The notes under the pieces were generated by a model. That model saw nothing but the letters and a program-made list of their open reading frames with translations, ran no database searches and was not told the origin of the DNA. A DNA stretch of 62,693 bases, filler included, from Chiloscyllium plagiosum (taxonomy: Eukaryota): assembly GCF_004010195.1 (NCBI RefSeq). It is 3 parts of one record of this genome, joined end to end, with 100 filler letters (N's around TTAATTAATTAA, not from the genome) between each part and the next. Parts side by side here need not be neighbours in the genome. Positions count along the whole stretch, not along the records: positions 35,694 to 62,693 come from NC_057710.1; 2 more parts are not named here. One strand, written 5' to 3'. The translations under genes and the position numbers were made by a program. This document shows, piece after piece, positions 47,775-61,423 of the stretch. How positions within the stretch are numbered: the first letter of the stretch is position 1; every line of letters starts with the position of its first letter.

Positions 47775-49860
47775 ATTTTCTTCATGAGATGTGGGCATCA
47801 GTGGCTAGACCAACATTAATTGCTCATTTCTAATTACTCTTGAGAAGATGGTGATGATGATCTGTCTCTTAAATGATAGTAGTCCTTGGATTGTAGGGGT
47901 ACCCACAGTTCTAGGATTTTACTCAGTGAGAGTAAGAGAACCACATTACAGTTTTAAGTTGGACTTGTGTGCCAATTGGAGAGGAATTTCCATATTGTGA
48001 TGCATTCATGCATCTTTTGCCTTTATCCTTCTAGGTGGTGGAGAGTCACATGCTCGTGGGTGCTGTCGAAGAACTCTGGTTAAATTATTGCAGTGCATCT
48101 TGTCAATGTTTCACACTGCTGTCACTCTGCATCAGTTGGTGAGGGAGTGAATGTTGAAGGTGGTGGACAGGGTGCCAATCAAGCAAACCCGTTTGTCCTG
48201 GGTGGTGTCAACTTCCTTCAATATTATTGTGGCGGAACACATCCAAGCAAGTGGAGAGTGCACCACCACACACTTGTGCCTAGTAGGTGGTGACAGACAA
48301 TGGGGCAACAGGAGGTGTGGTAGTCACTGCATAGTTCCTAGCTTCTAGGTGTAGTATAGCCATAATATGCATATAAATAGTCCAGTTCAGATTCTGGTCA
48401 GTGGTAATCCCTAGGATGTTGATTATGGGTCATTCAGCAATGACAATGTCATTGAACATCAAAAGGGATAGTGGTTAGGCTTTCTCTTGTTGGAGATGGC
48501 CATTGATAAGTCGTTGTGTGACACGAATGTTACTTGTCACTTATTAGCCTCAGCCTGGATTTTATGCAGGTCTTGTTGCATTTTAACATGGACTATTTTA
48601 GTATCTGAAAAGTCACCAATGGTGCTGAACAACTTGCAACCATTGGCAAACATTTCTAGTTCCGACCTTATGATGGAGGAAAGGTCATTGATGAAGCAAC
48701 AAATTTGGGTGGGCCTGAGGAACCCATGCAAAAATGTCCTGGAGCTGGGATGATTGCCTCTAACTACAAACATCTTCCTTTGTGTCAGGTATACTCTGAT
48801 TAGCAGAGATTCTGATCCCAGTTTTGTTAGAGTGACTCCTTTGTAAGTAACACTTGGTAACACTGTGTCTAACTCTTTTCATCAAGTTGATTATCAAGAA
48901 TAGACTGATTGGCGGTAATTGGCATGTTCTTTTCTCCTGGTTATTGTGGGCACGACATACTTAGGAAATTTTTCATTTTGTTGTGTAGGTGCCACAGAGG
49001 GAGTTGAATTGATTGAAAATTGGAACTCAGGAGAAAGTCAACTGAAATCATGCTCTCAGCACTTCAGGCTGAAGATGGATGCAAATGCTTAAGCCTTATT
49101 TTATACACTGATGTGCTAGACTCCCATATCATTGAGGATAGGGATTCATGTGGAGTTGCCTCTTCCTATCAGTGGTTTAGTTTATGTCTGGATGGGACAG
49201 AACTACAGAATTTAGATCTAATACATTGTTTATGGAATTGCTTGGCACTGTCAAATGTTTGCTATTTCTACTTCTTGCCATGCAAGTAGTCCTGTGGTGT
49301 AGCTTCACCTCATTTTTAAGTGTGCTGTATGCCCTCTTGCACTGTTTCCTGAACCTGGTTTGATGATAATTATAGATTGGGTGGTATGACAGGTCATGAG
49401 GTCACAGATTGTGGTTGAATACAATTCTGCTGCCGCTGATGATGCAAAGCATATCACGAATGCAGTTTTGAGTTGCTGGATCTGTTTAATGTGGCAAACA
49501 ACACAGTGGGGGAGTGGTGATCTTCAATGTGAAGATGGAACTTTGTCTCCACAAGGACTGCGTGGTGTGCACCCCTATGATATAACTATGAATGGATGGG
49601 TCTGGTGAGCACGAGATAAAGTCCAAATTTCCGTCTCATCCATTGTCTCTCAACCTGCCACAGACCCAGTCTAGCAGTGATACCGTTCAGAACTCAGACC
49701 CCTCAGGCCATTGTTGCGTCACTGAGCTATGTCTGATGATGCAGTTGAATTCTCCCTTCCAAAGTATATTCTGATCTTGACACACTCAAAGTTTTCTCTA
49801 AGATGTGCTCAAATGGAGGAGTAATAATGCAACTGTCAAGGGTGAGCAGTATGTGGTAAC
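47775..49860 (-). mobile_element. Decayed L2-type LINE
   Basis: ICCFINDLSSIIRSELEMFANGCKLFSTI...MQQDLHKIQA; 3' end GATGTGGGCATCAGTGGCTAGACCAACATT at ~47790. Confidence 0.75.
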
Positions 49861-51114
49861 CCTACCATGGGAACACTCCCTGTTCTCTGGTGACATTTTT
49901 CCAGAGATTGCATGGCGCTCCATATAATTCACTCAAATGATGGAAGCAAACCTTTAGTTACTTTTAAAAGGGAAGTGGATAAATATTGAAGTGATAAGGA
50001 ATATGGAAAAGAGGCATAGGTATTAATGACCTCATATAATGTGTGCACCTTGAATATGTTTTCTGCAGGTGCCTTCATATCCTCCAATCCATTTCCCTCC
50101 ACTTGGGAAAAGTTCATTCATAAAACCTCTTCCTTTATTTCATTAAAATTAATGAGGAAAACTTAGGCTGAAATGGATCACTTATATGGGAAATGTGAAA
50201 TGCACTAGTGACACATCACCATCTACTGGCTATTTTAGATGGTTATTAGATATACGAGGAAGGGACTTTTAAAAAATGCATTCATTCATGGGATGTGCTC
50301 ATTGCTGGGTAGGCCAGCGTTTACTTCCCAATCCTAATGTTTGAGTCATTCATGAACAATCAATTTCAAAAACTCTGCCATGAAATTTACCTGTTGGCCA
50401 CTGGGAAATATATGAGGTAAAATGAATGTTCCAACTCCTGGAGCGCACTTTAATTGGATCAGTTGGTAGATTTATTATTTTACAGTTACACTATGTGATA
50501 TTGCTGATATGATGTTATCTATGTTATCAATCACACTCTCCTCTGCAGAAAAATTCAATTTTGTGAGTAACATAATGAATCAATTGTTATTTTCAATAAT
50601 GGTAAAGACTGTAGAACCTGATGTCGAATTGTTCAAACAAAATTGAGCTTTATTAATGTTGAATGTTTGCGACAATTATGTTCTATTTTGGTTAACATAC
50701 AAATACTTGAAAACAATGCATTTTAAAATGCCAGAATAAATGTTAATGATGCATTGACTCATTTGATTTCTCATTAAAGCAAACTACTTTGCATGACCAT
50801 GCAAAATAGGAGCAATAACATTGTGAAAACACTGGTTGGCAATAAAAGGCTGGACGTGGATTAACTGATGGAGTAAATTTTACAAAATACAACTGGTAAT
50901 TTCCTCTGTGAGCAAGGTGTAGCAAGATATTAAGTGGATTAAATAAATTAATTTTGTGTAGGGCTTTAGTGTAATTTAGTGTAATTGCTTATTGTACAGT
51001 AATATTATGACAATATAGGCTCAGGAAATGCTGAGGTTGAGAGTTTAAACCTCACCTAGAGCCAGCCATCCTTTATCTGTTAGACAAGACTAAGCTCGTA
51101 GCGCTTGTCACTTA

Positions 51115-51425
51115 GTCAGAAGCCTATTGATTTATGCCCCACTCTAGGATTTGAGATCAAACTGAAGGCTGACACTTTGGTATAATGCCCAGGAAATGCT
51201 GCACTTCTGGCAGCCTGCCTTTTGGAAGGGATGTTAAATTGTGGTCCATCTGACCCCTCAGAGGGTTGTAAAAATTCCTGTGCTGTTATTCTGAGAGAAT
51301 TAGTTAGAGCCAGTGTCCTGACCAATACTTATTTCTCAATTAACATCACAAGAAAAACCCTGAATTTCTTTTTATGGGAACTTGCTGTGTACAAATTGGT
51401 TTCTGCACATATTACAACAGAGTTC
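51115..51425 (+). mobile_element. Deu-domain SINE (AmnSINE/SacSINE-like)
   Basis: GATGTTAAA..GGTCC, GTAAAAATTCCTGTG, GTGTCCTGACCAATA, GGGAACTTGCTGTGTACAAATTGG, ATTACAACAG follow the DeuSINE layout. Confidence 0.6.
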
Positions 51426-52749
51426 ATAGGCAGGCTTTTTGCACTGAGATAGTGGGAGGGATAATTATGTACCATCAGCCAACCGGCCAATTTGCTCGCA
51501 CCCCTCTGCCCTGGGCTTTTTATTTGGGGAATGCCAGATTGAATGCTCTTCTCCTGTGCTGATTGGATTTTCCAGTTGGCAGGCAGTCAGTCCACAGCAG
51601 CCAGTGAGCTGCCTCCTATTTCTGGCGGGGTGGGGAGAACCCATATCATTCCATTATTTTTCAGGTCAGCATCTCTTCCATTTTCTGCACAGTCAACTCA
51701 AGGTTTAGTCAGTTGGCAGGAGTTGGTTGAATGTCAGTAGTCAGATCAGAGCTTAGTTGAGTGCTATGGGTTTAGTCAGATTGGGCTGAGGTTAGTCAGG
51801 TTGTGACATGGCAGAATAGCAGGGGACTCAGAGGAGTAGTTTCGGTTTAAGGGAGTGGTCATGGGGTCAGTGGAAATTTGAGGGGTTTGATGAGATAATT
51901 GGATGATAAGAGGTTACTTTTGGGGATCAGTGAAAGAGTCAGATAAGGTGTGGTTAGTTGTAGGTCAGGTCAAAGAGTAGTGGATTTCGAGATAGTCAGG
52001 GGTGTGGTTGGAGGATCAGGCATATAGTTGGAGAAATTTAGAGGGTTAGGGATGCAGTTGAAGGGTCAGAGTTAATCAGAGTATAGTTGAAAGAGGTAGG
52101 GTCCTGTGAAAGTCAGAGGTGTGAATTTCATTGATACCGATTAGAAAAGACTGTTTTTAAAATCTGTTTAACATTACCTGGATAACTATCGAGTCAAAAC
52201 CATCCCAAGTCTCAACGTCAGAGTTGGAGACATTTTTGGTTAGTCCTGGGTGCAGAGAAATCGCCAATTGGAAATTTAAGCTTTGCAAGCAACTCCTGCA
52301 GTCAGGACTTCCAAAAACTCCTAATGCATTATCATTGAGCTATGCCCAGTCTGATAATAATACACAGCCTCTGGGTGGAGTCAATTCAATAGAATCAAAC
52401 CATTCTCATGATGGAGGTATGGCATGTGCTCTATACTTCTTGTTTGGCATAGTTAATATGTGGAAGAGTTAATGTAACCTGTATATAGTTACTCCTATGT
52501 AATAAACTGCATTTTATTGTGGAGATGCATTTATGTTCCTCACCCCCAACAGACTGAACTATCCCTTCTCCTAGTAAAGAAAGAAGGGCTGATAACACCA
52601 CTCTAGCCCAAACACATGCCCACCAGAGAGTCAGAGCTAAATATCAGATCATTTTATAACAAACAGGACATGGGTATAATATCTCATCCAAAAGAGAGCA
52701 CCTCTAATAGTGCAACACTCAGTACTACATTGGAGACACTTTTAATTTT

Positions 52750-52960
52750 TTTCAGGGGATGTGGTGTCAGTGGTTCGGCCAGTATTTGTTGCCCCTCCCC
52801 AATTATCCTGGAAAAGATGGAGTGAGTTGCCATTTTCAAACACCATAATCTGCGGGATATAGAGTTGTTCAGAAGAGTGTTCCGGAATTTTGTCTCTGCA
52901 ATATTGAAGGTATGGTAATATAATTCCAAGTCAGGATGGTCAGTGGCTTGAAGGGAAATT
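52750..52960 (-). mobile_element. L2 3' end fragment
   Basis: GGATGTGGTGTCAGTGG...GCCAGTATTTGTTGCCC, homologous to the ~47790 end. Confidence 0.6.
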
Positions 52961-52964
52961 TGCA

Positions 52965-53345
52965 AATGCATCTGCACATGAATGGAATGGAGCCTCTTCC
53001 TAATGGTGGTCTTCACAGTGTTGTGAAAGGCTCTCTCAATGCCATTGTGTGTGCAGTCAATAGTGCCTTGAACCAGAGGAGTGCAGCTATGTTCTTGAAT
53101 CCAACTGCCTGAGCTGTAGCACTGACCTCATCATCAGGAAAGAAATGAATCGGTATGAACTCGCACAAATAACATCACTCACTGCCTTAAAGTATTTGCA
53201 GGTGCACGAATGAGAGATCCCATACAGATCACCTGGAAAGAGCCAATCACATAGAAGTTCAAGCAGCTGTCACTTTCATATACTGGAAAGATGTCCCTCA
53301 CCATTGTCACCCCATCCCCCCACACCCTGTCACTCCTGTAGGTCC
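52965..53345 (-). mobile_element. PIF/Harbinger transposase relic (N-terminal half)
   Basis: LNFYVIGSF, DLYGISHS..KYFKAVSDVI, AVGFKNIAA, VQGTIDCTH, IRKRLHSIHVQM match the HARBI1-type GAIDCTH and NRKGFHS.NVQ motifs. Confidence 0.82.
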
Positions 53346-54820
53346 CAGTACCACATCAACAATGGAAGTTTGCATTGTGGAGATAATGGTACAACTTGGT
53401 GAAGGTGTATATACAGGTAAAAGGAATGCGATAAACTGGGTTATAAATATGGTAAAAACAATGACTGCAGATGCTGGAAACCAGATTTTGGATTAGTGGT
53501 GCTGGAAGAGCACAGCAGTTCAGGCAGCATACATTTCCATGGTGGTTTGGTGTGGAATGCGAGGACATAGATATGAAAGATTAAATATGAGTTATACTGA
53601 ACAGCTATCAGGAGAAATTTATTTTTTTTAAACTATGGCTTGTGAGGTTATACAAAATACTGACAGAATCAGTAACTGAAGCAGAGGGCATTTCGACATT
53701 CACTAATAGGTTGAAATAATTGCAGGAAAAAAGGAATTAACAGGATATGGGACCATGGCAAACAGGATGAAGATTACTGTTTATGTGTAGAGTTAATACC
53801 AGTTATATGGACTGGGTGAGTCAAACATGTTATTCCCATGTTACAATTACATTGCTATTCTACTGTCCTGATGGGAAATAGAGAAAGAGATGCAATGGAA
53901 TATTCCAAAAGTAATGCATGCAGCTCTGCGGTAAATTGCTATCAACAGATTCCAGAGGTTGACATTTGAACTATTAAATAATGCTGCCATGTGCTTGTGG
54001 CAAAATTGGATCAATTGTTCTTATGCCAGGATAAGAAGGCTGTACTGAATAGTGTAAATGTCACAGGCTGGCTGACAGATGCTGGTTTGCAAAGATCTGA
54101 GCTAAACATTTCCAGCATTAAAATGCTGGAATATGTTCATGAGATTCAGATTCCAATTAATAATTGTTAATATAATGTCAATTAATTGCTGTTAAAACTA
54201 ACTGTAAGTAAAATTAATTACTAAAAATTGGAAAATTGTGGTGATAAAGATAGAGACTGATTGTAAAGCAATTAATTATGTTCTATAGTTAAGTCTGTGG
54301 GAATGTAAGTAAGATGCCTATGGAGTGTAAATGTTAAAGCTATTTCCTGGACATTTAATTTAAAAGGTTCAGTCATTATTGAAAGGATTTTGTGTGCTTA
54401 AAATCATTCCAAGTCTGCTTTTTAAAGGATTGTAGAGCTGGTAATTTTTAGAACCACCCATTTCAAAGGATTAACATGAGGGACAGATATAAAATTGGTC
54501 ATTGAGTACAAGAGTATAATGCTTGCTTCAAGCTGTTAGCCCTAATTTACAATCTACCCCTTGTATGAATGAATGTAGCATATAGCACAAGTGAAGTGCA
54601 CAATTGCTTTAGCTCAATTGTATAGAAAATCCATTACTTAAGACAGCTTTAGGCATGGCTGAATTATGTCATCTTTCTCCCTAAGTGTAGTAAACCCAAT
54701 GACATATCTTCATGCTTAAAATATTCATTGGGATCCATTAAGGTTTAAGATGAGGAAGGTCAGGAAAACATTTTAATACACATATCATATTTCAAATCTC
54801 AATCCAAAAATGTTAACTTA

Positions 54821-55137
54821 ACATGGAATCCTTACAGTGTGGAAGTAGGCCATTCCACTCATCGAGTCGACACTAACCCTCTGGAGAGCAGCCACCCTGA
54901 CCCATCTCCTCCTACCACCGCCACTACCCTATCCCTATAACCTTGCAATTACCATGGCCAATCCACCTAACCTGCACATTTTTGGATTGAGGGAGGAAAC
55001 TGGAGTACCCGGAGGAAACCCACACACAGACACATGCAGAATGTGCAAACTCCAGACAGACAGTCACCCAAAGCTGGAATTGAACCTGGGTTCCTGGCTC
55101 TGTGAGACAGCACTGCCAACCACTGAGCCAGCATGCC
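54821..55137 (-). mobile_element. HE1/V-SINE-type SINE
   Basis: Homologous to 10047-10370 (TGGCTCAGTGGTTGGCAGTGCTG head, GGTTCAATTCC B box). Confidence 0.85.
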
Positions 55138-55799
55138 ACCTCCAAAGCCAATGTGCTGCTCCCATTTATAATTTTGAACAGTAGTATACTTTCAATGTAT
55201 CACCATATCTTTATTTATAGTCTGCTGTATCTCCTTTCCATTTCTCCTCAGAGTTGTCTTGTCCATTTCCTCACTTATTCATTTCTCAAATCAACAGTGT
55301 TGGTTTCTTTAGATGCTGGAATCCATTTGCACTGTCAGTTCTCATGTCTGAATGCAGACCGTGAGCTGGGGCTAACTGTTGGATCACAGACATCATTATC
55401 ATCAAGATGAAGCCCTGAGAATAATGCTGTTTCACAGTATTGCAATGAGAAACAATGCTGATGAGAAGCTCACGTGGGGAAATGTCAGACTCAGAATCCA
55501 TGTCTTTCTATCCTTTAGTATCAATGTAATGTTACCGGTTATTCACCACACATTTCCTCAAAGCACCATTCTTCATTAGGAACACTGGACCATGCTCCCA
55601 CTCTTCCAGCCTTCTATTTTCTTTAATTTTCTACAGCCATAAGCAGCTAATAATCAGACATAAACTTGCTTTGTTAAGTTACTTTGTCTTACCTTTGTGC
55701 TGATTGCTCAAATGTAACTTCTTCACTGCTGCTCATCTATGCCCAACTTGACTGAATACAGGGCAAGAACTGAACCCCTGACCTTCCTGTCTGGATGAC

Positions 55800-56050
55800 T
55801 TATAGAGTCATAGAGGTCTACAGCATGGAAAAGGGCCCTTTGGCACAACTTGTACATGTCACTCAGTTTTCAAAATTAAACTAGTTCCATTTGCCTGTGT
55901 TTGGTCTATATTCCTCCATAGCTATCCCATATACCTGTCTAAATGCTTCTTAAGTAAAAACATTGTACTTGCTTCCACCACTACCTCTGGAAGCCCATTC
56001 TACCCCTGTGTGAAAAAAATTGCCCGCAGACCCATTTGTATCTCTCCCCA
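55800..56050 (-). mobile_element. CR1 tail fragment
   Basis: ATAGAGTCATAGAGGTCTACAGCATGGAAA is the reverse complement of a CR1 tail. Confidence 0.7.
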
Positions 56051-56649
56051 TGCTCTTTGTACTGTGTTGTAATTTACCCTTGAAGACATCTAAGAGTAAA
56101 ATCATTTTTAATAATTATGTTTGTGCTTGGAAGAGAAAGATCAAAAATCATTTCTAATATTAAGATTTAATTCTGCTAATTACAACAATTTGTATTGTCA
56201 TATAAACACTGTAAGATATGCAATACATCAGATGTGCTTTGAATTTACATGTATATAATATTATTAACAACGTCTTTGAATATTTTTTATATTGATTGGG
56301 AACATTATCAAATGAATAAGAGTAACTGCATGATTATTGAAGTACATAACTGATTAAGACTAAAATAATATGATTAGTAAAAACACATGGCATTCCTAGT
56401 ACAAAGCATTGTACTCACTCTGCTTAAAAGCATCTTGACTGATATTTTCATGGATGCTAAGTAAGCAATGGTCATCCAACCCAAATATACATAATGGTGT
56501 TCCAGCTAATGAGATACTTAATTCATGAATCGGGCAGTGTGCTGATAATTGTACTGAATAGTAACCTACAGGATGTGAGTTTAAATCAAACCATAGCAAA
56601 TAGTGAAACTGAATTTAAATAAACTTAATTACTTCACAGATCATAAATG

Positions 56650-56958
56650 ATTATAGAATTCCGACAGTGTGGAAGCAGGCCATTCAGTCCACACCAAATC
56701 TCTGAAGAGTATCCCACTCACATACACACCTGCACCCTTAAACACTGCATTTCCCATGGCTAATCCACCTAGCCTGCCATTCCGTGGACATTATCCCTGC
56801 ATGTCTTTGGACTGTGAGAGGAAACTGGAGCACCCGTAAGAAATCCCCACACACACACGGGTAGAATATGCAAGCTCCACACAGACACTTGCCCAAGACT
56901 GGAATCAAATCCCAGTCCCTGGGCTGTAAGACAAGTGCTAACCACCGAGCCACCATGC
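56650..56958 (-). mobile_element. HE1/V-SINE-type SINE
   Basis: Homologous to 10047-10370 (GGTGGCTCGGTGGTTAGCAC head; GAGGAAACTGGAGCACCCG body on plus). Confidence 0.8.
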
Positions 56959-57294
56959 TACACTTGTGCACAGACATCAGAAACCCTGTACATGGTAAGA
57001 TTATATAAAACATCAAATTTGGTTTGTAGAAAAAAGCTGCTTTTCAGTTACAGAAGGTCAGTAATAAAATGGTAAATGTTTTGCATAATTAACAAAATAA
57101 AACAAAGAGGAACATTTGCTTTACTCAGTGATTGGCATGGTTTGGAAAGCAAAGAGTGATTGAAGGAGAAGATACAATAGTAATTTTCAAAAAGGAATTG
57201 GATCTATATTTGCGAAGGAAAAGCTTTAAAAGCTTATGGTGGAGGGACATGCCAGTGGAACTACTTTATCTTAAGACACCTTGAATTATTCGAC

Positions 57295-57500
57295 AACAAA
57301 AACAGAAATTGCTGGAGAAAACTCAGCAGGTCTGGTAAAATCTGCGGAGAGAAAATAGAGTTAATGTTTTGGGTCCAGTGACCCTTCTTCAGAACCTGAA
57401 ACACAAACTCCGCTTTCCCTCTGCAGCTGCTGCCAGAGCAACTGAGACTTTTCCAGCAATTTCTGTATTTGTTTCTGATTTCCAGCAGCCACAGTTCTTT
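57295..57500. mobile_element. Penelope-like inverted pLTR remnant with decayed hammerhead
   Basis: ACAGAAATTGCTGGA...TCCAGCAATTTCTGT fold-back; minus strand GUU-CUGAAGA-A-GGGUC-ACUG-GACCC-AAAACAUUAAC at ~57360-57395. Confidence 0.68.
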
Positions 57501-58849
57501 GGGATATTTTTGAATAATTCTACAATTTGTTTTTGTTTGGTGAGTTAAAAATGATCTTGTTTTCTCTAGTAGGTACACCCAGACAAGTTTTACTATAAAA
57601 GTTAAAAATATGTTTCAGAATCTCCTTTTACTACTGACCTTACTACTCAATATATTAATTGACCACCACACCAGGTCAAACATATTGATTCACATTGTTC
57701 AGTTCAAGGTACCTGTCGAACTAGTCAATTTTTTTATGAATAGGACTTGTTTAGGCATAATAGGTTATCAATTGGCATCCATACAACATATTTAATAAAT
57801 GATACTTGCTGTTTTAAGCCATCTCTCTGTGTGGAGCTGGCTTTTATCACTCTGTAAAAATCTGTTGCTCTGAGCCAAACTATAAAACTGTCGGGAAGTA
57901 AAAGTTTAAATGCATTTAAGCCATCACAAGATGTCATTTATGAGATTGTATTATTCTAGTCTGTAGGAGGTGATATATTTATGACACTGTAGTCTATTTA
58001 TAAATTACTTTTTAATGATCAGTTTAAATACAACAGTTACAGGCAATTATTCAGCGGTATGAGCAGGGTAATTTAGTTTCACTTATTGGAAAGCACAATT
58101 TGTCAATCAATGATGAGTTGCAATGTGTCACACAAAATTATTTTCATCTAAAATGGCTTATCATGACTTGTAGCAGAGAGGTGATTGAGTTTGTCAACAG
58201 TCCTGCCAGCCAAAATGGGATTGAAGAAGGTTTACTGGCATGCATGGTGAAAGGTATAGCACCTATTCTAGATATGGATGATGGGGCCGATATCATAGTT
58301 CAGGTCACCCCCCTCATCTATATGAACACACCAAGGGCATCAAATCAGTTATATTAGTAATAATCAAAGACTCACAAGGCCTTCAAAACTGTGGGTAGCC
58401 CTTCAGCTTAGGAGCAACTGAAACACAAATCAGAGCTTTTCTTTGTCATTATTAAGAAATAAAATGAATGAGAACAAGACTAGGGAAATAATCATGAGGG
58501 ATCAGGAAATAGTACATGAGTTGAATAAATATTTTGCGTCATTCTTCAAAAGAGATGACACTAATAACATTCCAAAAGTAAGAATAAGCAAGGAACAAAG
58601 TGGTGAGTGGAAATAAATGCAAAATTTATCATCAGAGAAAAAGTGCTAGGAAAGCGAATATGGCTAAATGCCAATAAGTCCCCTGGAGCTGATGGGATGT
58701 TTCCTCAAATATTAATGGAGTAGCTGTAGAAATGGTGGATGGTCTGATTGTAATTAAGGAGGAATGCCATAGGGACCAGTGCTGGGCCACAATCATTTAC
58801 AATATGTATTTATTGACTTCAATGACGAAAGTGAATGTACTATAGATAA

Positions 58850-60430
58850 GTACAAAAGGGTAACGAGGGAGAGAATAGGGCCCCCCAAATTTCAGCAAGG
58901 CAGCCTTTGTGTGGAGCTGCAGAAAAATGGAGGAGATACTAAATGTATATTTTGCATCAGTATTTACTGTGGAAAAGGACAGGGAAGATATAGAATGTAG
59001 GGAAATAGATGGTGACATCTTGCAAAATGTCCAGATTACAGAGGAGGAAGTGCTGGATGTCTTGAACCGTATAAAGGTAGATAAATCCCCAGGATCTGAT
59101 CAGGTGTACCCGAGAACTCTGTGGGAAGCTAGAGAAGTGATTGCTGGGCCTCTTGCTGAGATATTTGTATCATCGATGGTCACAGGTGAGGTGACGGAAG
59201 ACTGGAGGTTGGCTAACGTGGTGCCACTGTTTAAGAAGGGCGGTAAAGACAAGCCAGGGAACTATAGACCAGTGAACCTGCCATCAGTTGTGGGCAAGTT
59301 GTTGGAGGGAACCCTGAGGGACAGGATGTACATGTATTTGGAAAGGCAAGGACTGATTCGGGATAGTCAACATGGCTTTGTGTGTGGGCAATCATGTCTC
59401 ACAAACTTGATTGAGTTTTTTGAAGAAGTAACAAAGAGGATTGCTGAGGGCAGAGTGGTAGATGTGATCTATATAGACTTCAGTATGGCGTTCGACAAGC
59501 TTCCCCATGGGAGATTGTTTAACAAGGTTAGATCTCATGAAATACAGGGAGAACTAGCCATTTGGATATAGAACTGGCTCAAAGGTAGAAGACAGAGGGT
59601 GGTGGTGGAGGGTTGTTTTTCAGACTGGAGGCCTGTGACCAGTGGAGTGCCACAAGGTGCTGGGTCCTCTACTTTTTGTCATTTATATAAATGATTTGGA
59701 TGCGAGCATATAGTTAGTAAGTTTGCAGATGATACCAAAATTGGAGGTGTAGTGGACAGCGAAGAGGGTTACCTCAGAGCGCAATGGGATCTTGAACAGA
59801 TGGGCCAATTGGCTCAGAAGTGGCAGATGGTGTTTAATTCAGATAAATGTGAGGTGCTGCATTTTGGGAAAGCAAATCTTAGCAGGACTTATACACTTAA
59901 TGGTAAGGTCCTAGGGAGAATTGCTGAACAAAGAGACCTAGGAGTGCAGGTTCACAGCTCCTTGAAAGTGGAGTCGCTGGTAGATAGGATAGTGAAGAAA
60001 GCGTTTGGTATGCTTTCCTTTATTGGTCAGAGTATTGAGCACAGGAGTTGGGAGGTCATGTTGCAGCTGTAGAGGACGCTGGTTAGGCCACTGTTGGAAT
60101 ATTGCATGTAATTCTGGCGTCCTTCCTATCGGAAAGATGTTGTGAAACTTGAAAGTGTTCAGAAAAGATTTACAAGGATGTTGCCAGGGTTGGAGGATTT
60201 GAGCTATAGGGAGAGATTGAATAGGCTGGGGCTGTTTTCACTGGAGCATCGGAATGACCTTTTGGAGTTTACAAAATTATGAGGGGCGTGGATAGGATAA
60301 ATAGGCAAAGTCTTTTCCCTGGGGTGTGGGAGTCCAGAATTAGAGGGCATAGGTTTAGGGTGAGAGGACGAAGATGTAAAAGTTACCTGAGGGGCAACTT
60401 TTCCACAGTGAGGGTGGTACTTGTATGGGA
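58850..60430 (+). mobile_element. CR1 LINE ORF2 (RT), relatively young, cut by gap; abuts an older CR1 piece at ~58420-58850
   Basis: 220-aa ORF with KSPGSDQVYPR, PGNYRPVNL, SQHGF, YIDFSMAFDKLPH; then KFADDTKIGG and downstream CR1 motifs. Confidence 0.95.
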
Positions 60431-60930
60431 NNNNNNNNNNNNNNNNNNNNNNNNNNNNNNNNNNNNNNNNNNNNNNNNNNNNNNNNNNNNNNNNNNNNNN
60501 NNNNNNNNNNNNNNNNNNNNNNNNNNNNNNNNNNNNNNNNNNNNNNNNNNNNNNNNNNNNNNNNNNNNNNNNNNNNNNNNNNNNNNNNNNNNNNNNNNNN
60601 NNNNNNNNNNNNNNNNNNNNNNNNNNNNNNNNNNNNNNNNNNNNNNNNNNNNNNNNNNNNNNNNNNNNNNNNNNNNNNNNNNNNNNNNNNNNNNNNNNNN
60701 NNNNNNNNNNNNNNNNNNNNNNNNNNNNNNNNNNNNNNNNNNNNNNNNNNNNNNNNNNNNNNNNNNNNNNNNNNNNNNNNNNNNNNNNNNNNNNNNNNNN
60801 NNNNNNNNNNNNNNNNNNNNNNNNNNNNNNNNNNNNNNNNNNNNNNNNNNNNNNNNNNNNNNNNNNNNNNNNNNNNNNNNNNNNNNNNNNNNNNNNNNNN
60901 NNNNNNNNNNNNNNNNNNNNNNNNNNNNNN
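60431..60930. other. 500-N scaffold gap
   Basis: Seen directly; poly-X ORFs across it are artefacts. Confidence 0.98.
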
Positions 60931-61059
60931 GCCATGTGGTAGGGTAGGGTAAGAAGCTGTATATTAATAAGGAGACATTCATAGTTGAGAAGGCCAACAG
61001 CAAGCAATAGTACTTGTGAATGTGCATTTCACCACTGCCTAGCAAGAATTTGTATCAAC

Positions 61060-61423
61060 CACCCAGCCAAATTTCGTGTCATCTGCAAACTTACATAGCA
61101 TCATCTCCACATTCTATCTACATTATTTATGAATGTCATAAGTGAAAAGGGACCCAGTACTGATTACCATGTTACTCCACTGGACACTTGCTACCTCCAC
61201 CAGCTGTCTCCAACTACTAAGCTAATTTTGAATCCAACTTGAAAAATTACCCTGGATTCCATGTGCTTTTACCTTCTTTATCAGTCTTCATTGTGGGAAT
61301 TTGTCAAAGGCTTTGCTGAAATCCATTTAAACTGCACCTACTGTACAACCCTAATCTATACACTTTGTCACCACCTCAAAAAATTCAACCAGATTTGTCG
61401 GGCATGACTTCCCTCAGACAAAG
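61060..61423 (-). mobile_element. Old CR1 RT fragment, interrupted by the 61424-62106 insert
   Basis: TCGTGTCATCTGCAAAC (rc FADDT), TTGTCAAAGGCTTTGCTGAAATCCAT (rc MDFSKAFDK); resumes at 62121 CCATGCTGA (rc QHG). Confidence 0.75.

Noticed and set aside
58909..59571. Functional reverse transcriptase gene
   Set aside because: 5'-truncated CR1 copy with a stop at 59569-59571 and downstream frameshifts.
60204..61045. Long ORFs of 173-267 aa
   Set aside because: They consist mostly of X from the 500-N gap.
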